A stretch of DNA of 32,514 nucleotides from an uncultured Flavobacteriales bacterium (GTDB lineage Bacteria; Bacteroidota; Bacteroidia; Flavobacteriales_D; SKUL01), in assembly GCA_937911795.1 (NCBI GenBank), contig CALDPJ010000412.1, positions 1 through 32,514 on the forward strand, read 5' to 3'. The notes under the pieces are model-generated. The model was not told where the DNA came from, ran no database searches, and saw only the letters and a program-made list of their open reading frames with translations. Below, in pieces: positions 16,417 to 23,599 of the stretch. A program made the position numbers and the translations under genes. Within the stretch, counting starts at the first letter, position 1, and every line of letters begins with the position of its first letter.

Positions 16417-17835
16417 TCATTTAATGTCTTTGTGTTCTAATCCGATCTCTTTTGCTTTTTTCAGCATAAAATCAAAAGCTGCATTTCGGTCATTTTCAAT
16501 CACTCCGTCCAGAATTGCATCTTTAATGGCATTCTTCAGAATCCCGATTTCAGGGCCCGGTTTCAGATCGAAGGTCTTCATTATTTCTGCTCCATCAATC
16601 GGCGGTTGCCAGTTGCGGATGCGGTCCTTTTCTTCCACTTCTACCAATCGCTTTTTCACGACTTCGTAGTTTTCGAGATAGCGCTTCACCTTGGCCTCGT
16701 TTTTTGAGGTGATATCGGCTTTGCAGAGAATCATCAGTTCTTCCAGATCATCCCCCGCTTCAAAAAGCAACCGTCGCAATGCACTGTCGGTAGCCTCTTC
16801 TTTGGTGAGTGCAATGGGTCTTAAATGAAGCAGCACCAGCTTTTGCACAAATTTCATTTTATGATCCTGCGGAAGTTTCAGCCTTCTGAAAATTACCGGG
16901 ACCATCCTTTCCCCGCGGTCTTCGTGCCCATGAAAAGTCCACCCGATGCCGGACACAAAGCGTTTGGTGTCGGGCTTGGCAATATCGTGCAGCAGTGCGC
17001 CCCAGCGCAGCCAAAGGTTGTCGCTTTGTTCTGCAACATTGTCCACCACCTGAAGTGTATGGAAAAAATTGTCTTTGTGGCTGACGCCTTGTTTCACTTC
17101 CACACCGTGTAAATTGCTGAGTTCCGGAAAAAACTGGTCGAGCAAGCCGGTGCTGAATAACAGTTTCAATCCGCGGGAGGGTTTCGGAGCAGCAAGAATT
17201 CGGTTGAGCTCTACATTGATGCGCTCCATGGAAACGATTTTTAGTCGTTCGCTGTTGCGCTTCATCGCCCGAATGGCAGAGCTGTGAATTTTAAAATTAA
17301 GTTCAGTGGCGAAGCGTATGCCGCGCATCATTCGAAGCGGGTCGTCAGAAAATGTGGCATCGGGATCAAGCGGTGTTTTAAGCAAACATTTCTCAAGGTG
17401 CACGAGGCCTTCAAACGGATCGATGAGTTCGCCGAAATTATTTGCATTCAGGGAAATGGCCAGGGCATTGATTGTGAAATCGCGTCGTTTCTGATCCTGT
17501 TCCAGCGTTCCGTCTTCCACAATGGGTTTGCGTGAATGTGCGCGGTAAGATTCCTTTCGGGCTCCGACAAATTCCACGTCCAGATCGTCGTATTTAAAAT
17601 GGGCAGTTTTGAAATTTTTAAAGACGGTTACTTTATGAACACCGAGTTCTTTGGCAACGGATTGTGCCAGTTCAATTCCACTTCCTTCGCACACTATGTC
17701 AATGTCTTTATCTGCCCTGTCGAGCAGCAGGTCGCGCACATAACCGCCAATCACAAATGCGTTTTCATTCAGCAGCGCAGCTTGCCTGGAAATGGATTCA
17801 AAAACCGGGTGTTTTAAATGGTGAGCGAGGTTCAT
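16417..17835 (-). CDS. Class-II tRNA nucleotidyltransferase (CCA-adding enzyme / poly(A) polymerase family) with an HD domain
   Basis: The head-domain motif is VIGGYVRDLLLDRADKDIDIVCEG, with RRDFTINALA and an HD motif LLHDIAKPDTKR. The 472-aa length is typical of the Bacteroidetes CCA/HD fusion. Confidence 0.85.
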   Translation of the reverse strand: MNLAHHLKHPVFESISRQAALLNENAFVIGGYVRDLLLDRADKDIDIVCEGSGIELAQSVAKELGVHKVTVFKNFKTAHFKYDDLDVEFVGARKESYRAHSRKPIVEDGTLEQDQKRRDFTINALAISLNANNFGELIDPFEGLVHLEKCLLKTPLDPDATFSDDPLRMMRGIRFATELNFKIHSSAIRAMKRNSERLKIVSMERINVELNRILAAPKPSRGLKLLFSTGLLDQFFPELSNLHGVEVKQGVSHKDNFFHTLQVVDNVAEQSDNLWLRWGALLHDIAKPDTKRFVSGIGWTFHGHEDRGERMVPVIFRRLKLPQDHKMKFVQKLVLLHLRPIALTKEEATDSALRRLLFEAGDDLEELMILCKADITSKNEAKVKRYLENYEVVKKRLVEVEEKDRIRNWQPPIDGAEIMKTFDLKPGPEIGILKNAIKDAILDGVIENDRNAAFDFMLKKAKEIGLEHKDIK

Positions 17836-17839
17836 GCGC

Positions 17840-18406
17840 TTAGCGAATGATCTTGATTTCTCCGTCGAGGTGGAGTTTAAGGATGCTGGATGGTTGATGG
17901 CTGAGCGTTTCAGAAAGCCGCAAATTTACAGTATAATCTACCGCATCCAAAATGTGCTGGTCGATCTCCCGGAAAGAAAGCGGCGTAGGCTGCCCCCTAA
18001 AATTTGCTGAGGTGGATACCAATGGCCGGTTGAGTTTTGAGATGAGGTTTTTGCAGAAATCATCGCGCACAATGCGAATGGCAATGCTTCCGTCATCGGC
18101 ATATACACCTTTTGCAAATCCTTTTCCGTTGGGGTAGATGATGGTCAGCGGTTCCTGGGTAACGTCAATCAGATCCCAGGCCACAGCCGGAACTTCTTCT
18201 ACGTGCCGGTTTAAGCGGGAATCGCGCTCCACCAGTACAATCAATCCCTGATCGTTTTGCCGCTCTTTTATAGCCAGCAATCGCTCCACTGCGGCATCGT
18301 TTGTCGCATCGCAACCCAAACCCCAGACCGTATCGGTGGGGTAAAGGATAACGCCACCTTCCTGCAGCGCCTTGAGCGCATTTTCAATCTGATATTGCTG
18401 ATTCAT
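17840..18406 (-). CDS. tsaC: L-threonylcarbamoyladenylate synthase, short YrdC/TsaC type (t6A37 pathway)
   Basis: Motifs GGVILYPTDTVWGLGCDA, ...PLTIIYP... and ...LVSTSANFRGQP... in a 188-aa protein with no Sua5 C-terminal domain. The ATGA overlaps the GT9 stop. Confidence 0.88.
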   Translation of the reverse strand: MNQQYQIENALKALQEGGVILYPTDTVWGLGCDATNDAAVERLLAIKERQNDQGLIVLVERDSRLNRHVEEVPAVAWDLIDVTQEPLTIIYPNGKGFAKGVYADDGSIAIRIVRDDFCKNLISKLNRPLVSTSANFRGQPTPLSFREIDQHILDAVDYTVNLRLSETLSHQPSSILKLHLDGEIKIIR

Positions 18407-19374
18407 TCAAAAAATTGACTGGTTTTTATTTCTTTAGCGCATCTGAAATGCCCTTCGGGACAAGCTTTGTAGCCATGTAAACCACATGGGCGACAATAAA
18501 GTTCTTCTTTCTTTTCAATAATTCTCGCATCCGATGAAACGGGGCCAAAGCCAAAATCGGGAATTGTGGAGCAGAAAATGGCACGCACCGGAGCATTGAC
18601 TGCAGATGCCAGGTGTAAGGGTGCCGAATCGTTGACATAATTCATTTTCGCCTTTTTCATCAATGCCGCCGATTGCAAGAGGGTTAGTTTACCAGCCAGA
18701 ACGGCGATGCTGGAATGGGTGCTTTCCCGTTGGATGTTTTCACAAAATTCGGTATCGCCGGGACTTCCCAAAAGATAAATGGTACGATTGGCAGCAATGG
18801 CGTTGCAAAGATCCACCCATCCTTGTTGGTGATATTGCTTGGTAAACCAAACCGACGCCGGAGCCATACAAACATATTCAGCAGATAGATATTGTTCAAT
18901 GGCCTGTTCATCCGCAACAGAAGGAAATACCTGTGGCCGACGCAAACGTGGTTCGTCTTCGACCAGCGATAAATTGCGCTCAATTTCGTGGGTTCCGTCA
19001 CCAATGTTGTGGGGCTTTCGGTGGGTAAATCCGAACGAGAATGGATTTTTTCTGAAACCTGTTTTTATGCGGGCACCGGAAAATATGGTGATCAATCCCG
19101 AAGTGGCGAACCTGTGCAAATTGAAAATTGCATCGTATTTATTTTCTCTGACGCGACTTATCAGACGGAGCAGATTGCGGTATTTGGATTTGCCTTTATC
19201 CCAGATCAGCACCTCGTGCAGCATTGGGTTGTTGTTGAGCAATACCTCATTTCCGCGGCGAACGAGCATCGAGATTTCTGCCGTAGGATATTTTTCATGC
19301 AGCGCGACAATCACCGGAGTAGCGAGAATTACGTCTCCGATAAATGCTGTCTGTATGATAAGAATCCGCTTCAC
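18403..19374 (-). CDS. Glycosyltransferase family 9 (LPS heptosyltransferase-like)
   Basis: Motifs MKRILIIQTAFIGDVILATPVIVAL..., ...LLGSPGD... and ...YVNDSAPLHLASAV... are GT9 hallmarks. The GTG start overlaps the dapD stop by 1 nt. Confidence 0.85.
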   Translation of the reverse strand: MKRILIIQTAFIGDVILATPVIVALHEKYPTAEISMLVRRGNEVLLNNNPMLHEVLIWDKGKSKYRNLLRLISRVRENKYDAIFNLHRFATSGLITIFSGARIKTGFRKNPFSFGFTHRKPHNIGDGTHEIERNLSLVEDEPRLRRPQVFPSVADEQAIEQYLSAEYVCMAPASVWFTKQYHQQGWVDLCNAIAANRTIYLLGSPGDTEFCENIQRESTHSSIAVLAGKLTLLQSAALMKKAKMNYVNDSAPLHLASAVNAPVRAIFCSTIPDFGFGPVSSDARIIEKKEELYCRPCGLHGYKACPEGHFRCAKEIKTSQFFE

Positions 19375-20183
19375 TAAATGGCCACGTTGTAGGTCCGAAG
19401 CGCTTCGTTCAGAGATGTTTTTTTATCCGTGCTTTCTTTGCGGGTTCCAATAATCAGCGCACACGGTACCTGATATTCGCCGGCAGGAAATTTTTTGGTG
19501 TAGGTCCCGGGAATGACAACCGATCGCGGCGGAATAATACCGGTACTTTCCACAGGTTCAGGTCCACTGACATCAATAATTTTTGTGGATTTGGTGAGCA
19601 CCACATTGGCACCCAACACCGCTTCGCGACCCACGCGTACGCCTTCTACCACAATACAGCGCGAACCGATAAATGCATCGTCCTCAATTACCACGGGAGC
19701 CGCCTGTAAAGGTTCCAAAACTCCTCCAATTCCAACGCCGCCGCTAAGGTGAACATTTTTCCCGATCTGAGCACACGAACCAACAGTTGCCCAGGTGTCT
19801 ACCATTGTACCGGAGTCAACGTAAGCGCCAATATTAATGTAGGATGGCATCATGATCACACCCGGCGCCACGAACGCTCCGTAACGAGCTACGGCATGCG
19901 GTACCACACGAACGCCAAGTTCCTTGTAATTTGTTTTTAATGCCATTTTATCATGAAACTCGAATGGTCCAACTTCAATAGTCTCCATCTTTCGGATCGG
20001 GAAATATAATACTACTGCTTTTTTCACCCATTCGTTTACGATCCAGTTTCCCTCACCATCCGGTTCTGCTACGCGAATTCTTCCTTTGTCAATTTCTTCA
20101 ATTACGTGATTTATGGCATTTTGTGTTTCGCTTTCGTTTAAAAGTGAACGGTCTTCCCAGGCTTTTTCGATAATGGATCTCAT
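19374..20183 (-). CDS. dapD: 2,3,4,5-tetrahydropyridine-2,6-dicarboxylate N-succinyltransferase
   Basis: The N-terminal helical domain MRSIIEKAWEDRSLL... is followed by left-handed beta-helix hexapeptide repeats (...GAYVDSGTMVDTWATVGSCAQIGKNVHLSGGVGIGGVLEP...IIEDDAFIGSRC...). ATG 20183 is preferred over the upstream TTG 20204. Confidence 0.9.
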   Translation of the reverse strand: MRSIIEKAWEDRSLLNESETQNAINHVIEEIDKGRIRVAEPDGEGNWIVNEWVKKAVVLYFPIRKMETIEVGPFEFHDKMALKTNYKELGVRVVPHAVARYGAFVAPGVIMMPSYINIGAYVDSGTMVDTWATVGSCAQIGKNVHLSGGVGIGGVLEPLQAAPVVIEDDAFIGSRCIVVEGVRVGREAVLGANVVLTKSTKIIDVSGPEPVESTGIIPPRSVVIPGTYTKKFPAGEYQVPCALIIGTRKESTDKKTSLNEALRTYNVAI

Positions 20184-20201
20184 GAATCTTTGTTTTGATT
20201 G

Positions 20202-20209
20202 CAAAAATA
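20202..20209 (-). promoter_or_regulatory. Candidate -7 box (TATTTTTG) for the dapD-to-miaA operon
   Basis: A perfect TAnnTTTG on the minus strand, 18 nt upstream of ATG 20183. Confidence 0.4.
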
Positions 20210-20316
20210 GAAACTTCTCCGGTTTTAAGCACTGCCCGGACTACCGTATCCGCAATCGTACCACTAAAAATCCGGTGGTATGATTCCGGATATACCTCGC
20301 TCTATAAATTTTAGCG

Positions 20317-20324
20317 TACTTTTG
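20317..20324 (+). promoter_or_regulatory. Candidate -7 box (TACTTTTG) for ruvX
   Basis: A perfect TAnnTTTG 14 nt upstream of ATG 20339, which implies a near-leaderless transcript. Confidence 0.35.
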
Positions 20325-20338
20325 CTCAAACTTTTTCA

Positions 20339-20752
20339 ATGCCCAAAATACTAGCGATTGATTATGGAATAAAGCGCACCGGACTGGCAGAAACAGACGA
20401 AAGTCAAATCTTTGCCTTTGGTCTGGAAACGATTGAAACGGGCAAATTAGCAGTTTACCTGAAAGACTATCTCAGCCGAAATAAAATTCAGAAAATAATT
20501 GTCGGGGAGCCAAAAAGAATGAACAACGAAGCGAGTTCCATCTCCACCGAAATTGAAAAATTCATATTATCGCTACAAAAGAATTATCCGTCATTGGAAA
20601 TTGTGCGTGTTGATGAGCGTTTCACCTCTAAAATGGCATTCCAGACAATGATAGACGGTGGCCTTGGCAAAGCGAAAAGAAGAGATAAATCTTTGGTAGA
20701 TAAAATTGCTGCAACTATAATTCTGCAGTCTTACTTAGATTCTGTCCGCTGA
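20339..20752 (+). CDS. ruvX: Holliday junction resolvase-like / pre-16S rRNA nuclease RuvX (YqgF)
   Basis: ILAIDYGIKRTGLAETD is the YqgF catalytic motif. Also ...IVGEPKRMNNE... and ...VDERFTS..., in a 137-aa protein. Confidence 0.9.
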   Translation: MPKILAIDYGIKRTGLAETDESQIFAFGLETIETGKLAVYLKDYLSRNKIQKIIVGEPKRMNNEASSISTEIEKFILSLQKNYPSLEIVRVDERFTSKMAFQTMIDGGLGKAKRRDKSLVDKIAATIILQSYLDSVR

Positions 20753-20778
20753 AATTGGCGTAAACAGCATCTATTTTT

Positions 20779-20786
20779 TATTTTTG
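20779..20786 (+). promoter_or_regulatory. Candidate -7 box (TATTTTTG) for def
   Basis: A perfect TAnnTTTG 16 nt upstream of ATG 20803. Confidence 0.35.
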
Positions 20787-20802
20787 TGTAAAAATTTTAA
20801 AA

Positions 20803-21399
20803 ATGATATTACCCATACTTGCGTACGGAGATTCCATATTGAAAAAAGAGGCTGTAGAAATCGATAAAGATTATCCTCAGTTGGACAAACTTATTGAAGA
20901 TATGTTTGAAACGATGTATAATGCTTCCGGTGTGGGACTGGCCGCACCACAAATTGGATTGTCAATTCGTATGTTTGTGGTGGATGGAAGCTCATTTGCT
21001 GAATTGGAAGAAGGAGAGGAAGAAGATCCAAAAGCCAGGGGAATGGAAAATTTCAGAAAGGTTTTCATTAATCCGATAATTGAAGAAGAATCCGGTGAAG
21101 AATGGGCTTTTAAAGAAGGCTGCCTTTCAATCCCGAAGATCCGTGAAGAGGTTTATAGAAAAGAACAAATAAATATCAGCTATTACGACGAAAACTGGGA
21201 ATTCCATGAAGAAACCTTTGATGGGTATGCAGCACGCATTATTCAGCACGAATACGATCACATTGAGGGAGTTTTATTCACAGACCACCTTTCGGTATTG
21301 AAAAGAAAATTACTCACTAAACGCCTTCAGAATATTTCCAAAGGCGAAACAGAGGTAGATTACAAAATGAAATTTCCATTAAAAAACAAACGCAAATAA
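20803..21399 (+). CDS. def: Peptide deformylase
   Basis: The three PDF motifs are present: GVGLAAPQIG, EGCLS and QHEYDHIEG (HExxH). Confidence 0.95.
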   Translation: MILPILAYGDSILKKEAVEIDKDYPQLDKLIEDMFETMYNASGVGLAAPQIGLSIRMFVVDGSSFAELEEGEEEDPKARGMENFRKVFINPIIEEESGEEWAFKEGCLSIPKIREEVYRKEQINISYYDENWEFHEETFDGYAARIIQHEYDHIEGVLFTDHLSVLKRKLLTKRLQNISKGETEVDYKMKFPLKNKRK

Positions 21400-21971
21400 T
21401 GGGCTTATTCAATATATTTCGCGCTTTTCTCGTCGCTTTATCTTTCATTTTCTTAATGGCATCCTGCGGAGGAGAACGCAAAAGCGGGCCGGAAGCTTTG
21501 AAAACTGAAATAAAACAATTGGAAGATTCTATCATGTCTGCTCAGGAAAAGGGTAAAACGACTGCAAATTATTCACTTCCCGCTCAAAAAAGACTTATAG
21601 AAAAGCTGGAGCAATTTCACCGTGATTATCCGGAAAATGAATATGATCAGGAGTCTTTGACCAAATTACACATGGCGTATTCCGCGATCGGAGAAAACAA
21701 GCGATCTGCTGCCTGGGGCGATACCTTGCTGAATAACTACAAAGATTTTCCTAACCGCCCGATCGTTATTCAAAGCCAGATCCTGGCCTACGATGAAATG
21801 ATCAAACCGAGGGATAAATCAATGGTTAAGAAATACATCGAAATGTATATTAAAGAAAACCCCGAATCAGAAGAAACACCAGCCCTGAAAGAGCGTCTGC
21901 TGAATCTGGATATGACTTTTGAAGAATGGCTGAATCATAAATTGTCTCAGGGCGAGAATCCGATTCTATGA
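21399..21971 (+). CDS. Hypothetical lipoprotein (helical, TPR-like)
   Basis: The signal peptide with lipobox ...FIFLMASCGG precedes a helical body with no family I recognise. Its ATG overlaps the def stop by 1 nt (TAATG), suggesting translational coupling. Confidence 0.6.
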   Translation: MGLFNIFRAFLVALSFIFLMASCGGERKSGPEALKTEIKQLEDSIMSAQEKGKTTANYSLPAQKRLIEKLEQFHRDYPENEYDQESLTKLHMAYSAIGENKRSAAWGDTLLNNYKDFPNRPIVIQSQILAYDEMIKPRDKSMVKKYIEMYIKENPESEETPALKERLLNLDMTFEEWLNHKLSQGENPIL

Positions 21972-22024
21972 AAAATTTGCTGTTAATATAGTGTTAATTC
22001 ATACCGTAGGTTAAAAACTTGCAT

Positions 22025-22032
22025 TATATTTG
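22025..22032 (+). promoter_or_regulatory. Candidate -7 box (TATATTTG) for DUF1573 paralog 1
   Basis: A perfect TAnnTTTG 33 nt upstream of ATG 22066. Confidence 0.45.
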
Positions 22033-22065
22033 GTAAAACTTAAATAAATATTCAAAACAATAAAT

Positions 22066-22506
22066 ATGAAAAATTCTATCTTTTCTTTATGTTTGATGTT
22101 TGTTGCTATTACTGCTTCATCCAAACTATTCGCTCAGGTTACTTCAGGGGCACAAATTGAATTTAACAAAGAATCTCACGATTACGGGACCATTAAAAAC
22201 GGATCTGACGGAACATGCACTTTTGAGTTTAAGAATGTTGGAAATTCTCCATTAATCATTCAGGATGCCAAAGGATCTTGCGGTTGCACGGTTCCTGATT
22301 GGCCGAAAGAGCCGATCGCTCCGGGTGCTAAAGGTGTAATCACTGTAAAATACGATACTAAAAGAGCAGGCGTAATCAATAAAAGCGTTACTGTAATGTC
22401 TAATGCAACCAACGAACCAACATCCACTCTGAGAATTAAAGGTAATGTGTTACCTGTACCAGGTGGTGGAGCTCCTGTAAATAATGCAGGCGCGCCGTCT
22501 AACTAA
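22066..22506 (+). CDS. DUF1573 domain-containing secreted protein (paralog 1)
   Basis: Signal peptide MKNSIFSLCLMFVAITASSKLFAQ. The family pattern is FNKESHDYGTIKNG...FEFKNVGNSPLIIQDAKGSCGCTVPDWPKEPIAPGAKGVITVKYDT, followed by a Gly/Ala/Pro-rich tail. Confidence 0.85.
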   Translation: MKNSIFSLCLMFVAITASSKLFAQVTSGAQIEFNKESHDYGTIKNGSDGTCTFEFKNVGNSPLIIQDAKGSCGCTVPDWPKEPIAPGAKGVITVKYDTKRAGVINKSVTVMSNATNEPTSTLRIKGNVLPVPGGGAPVNNAGAPSN

Positions 22507-22544
22507 AATTTGGCTATTTTTCGCGATCATAATTATAGCATTAG

Positions 22545-22583
22545 TCCCGCTCCCGATTCATTTCGGTGAGTGGGATTTTTTTT
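22545..22583 (+). terminator. Intrinsic terminator after DUF1573 paralog 1
   Basis: TCCCGCTCCCGA-TTCATT-TCGGTGAGTGGGA forms a stem with one bulge and one G:U pair. It is followed by T8. Confidence 0.75.
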
Positions 22584-22667
22584 GGTCTGAACTTTGTATT
22601 AACCTTAGGGGGACATTAATACTTAAAATGTTATCAACTTGTTAATGTCAGAGCGGCATTGTGAACT

Positions 22668-22675
22668 TATATTTA
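22668..22675 (+). promoter_or_regulatory. Candidate imperfect -7 box (TATATTTA) for DUF1573 paralog 2
   Basis: A 7/8 match to TAnnTTTG, 25 nt upstream of ATG 22701 and downstream of the paralog-1 terminator. Confidence 0.3.
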
Positions 22676-22700
22676 ACTTTATTAAAAATTATAAAACAAT

Positions 22701-23132
22701 ATGAAAGCGTTATTTTTATCTTTACTAGTTGCAGCCGGAGCTGCTTTTTCATCAAGCGCCCAAACCGGAGACGGTGCGAAGATCGATTTCAAAAAGGAAA
22801 CTCATGATTACGGAACCATTAAAAATGGTGCTGACGGGACCTATGCCTTCGAATTTAAAAATTCAGGAAATACGCCATTGATCATTAGTCGGGCTCAGGG
22901 TTCTTGTGGCTGCACAGTACCAGACTGGCCGAAAGAGCCAATCGCTCCGGGTGCTTCAGCTAAAATCATTGTAAAATATGATACAAGCCGTACAGGAAGC
23001 TTTAGCAAAAATGTAACTATTTATTCCAATGCAGTAAACGCTGCAGAGAAAGTTATTTATATCAAAGGAAATGTTTTGGCAAAACCGGAGGGTTCTGCTC
23101 CAATAAATACTACCGGTGCTCCGGCACATTAA
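22701..23132 (+). CDS. DUF1573 domain-containing secreted protein (paralog 2)
   Basis: Signal peptide MKALFLSLLVAAGAAFSSSAQ. The same HDYGTIKNG...GSCGCTVPDWPKEPIAPG core is present. By my manual alignment the mature region is roughly two-thirds identical to paralog 1. Confidence 0.85.
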   Translation: MKALFLSLLVAAGAAFSSSAQTGDGAKIDFKKETHDYGTIKNGADGTYAFEFKNSGNTPLIISRAQGSCGCTVPDWPKEPIAPGASAKIIVKYDTSRTGSFSKNVTIYSNAVNAAEKVIYIKGNVLAKPEGSAPINTTGAPAH

Positions 23133-23156
23133 TACCTTTTAGTTATACTCAATTAT

Positions 23157-23200
23157 AATTCCGCTCGTTGTATGTAGTTACAGGAGCGGAATTTTTATTT
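23157..23200 (+). terminator. Intrinsic terminator after DUF1573 paralog 2
   Basis: A perfect 10-bp stem AATTCCGCTC...GAGCGGAATT with a 17-nt loop, followed by TTTTATTT. Confidence 0.8.
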
Positions 23201-23213
23201 AAAACAATATCTC

Positions 23214-23597
23214 ATGAATTTTGGAAAGGCTTTATTTCTCTTAATGATCAATTGTCTTTTATCCGGCTTTTCTATGGCGCAATCCGCTGAATTTAAAGTG
23301 GAGGAAAGCACATTTAAATTTGATGATGTCACAGAAGGTCCTGTACTTAAACATGATTTTATCATAGAAAATACAGGCAAGGTTCCGCTTGTGATCTCGT
23401 CTTATCAAGTGACATGTGACTGCACCAGCGCCGAATTTCCGGACAAACCGATCTTACCGGGAGAAAAGGGTGTGATAACGGTTTCTTTTAAAACCAAAGG
23501 GACATATTATTATCAGGACAGAACGGTGGAATTCAAAACCAACGCCAAAAAGAAATTAAAACTCCGCTTTAAAGTTTACGTAAATCCGCTGGATTGA
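23214..23597 (+). CDS. DUF1573-like secreted protein (divergent paralog 3)
   Basis: Signal peptide ...LLSGFSMAQS. The pattern FKFDDVTEGPVLKHDFIIENTGKVPLVISSYQVTCDCTSAEFPDKPILPGEKGVITVSFKT has the same spacing and a CxC motif, but is far more divergent and lacks the Gly/Pro tail. Confidence 0.75.
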   Translation: MNFGKALFLLMINCLLSGFSMAQSAEFKVEESTFKFDDVTEGPVLKHDFIIENTGKVPLVISSYQVTCDCTSAEFPDKPILPGEKGVITVSFKTKGTYYYQDRTVEFKTNAKKKLKLRFKVYVNPLD

Positions 23598-23599
23598 AG

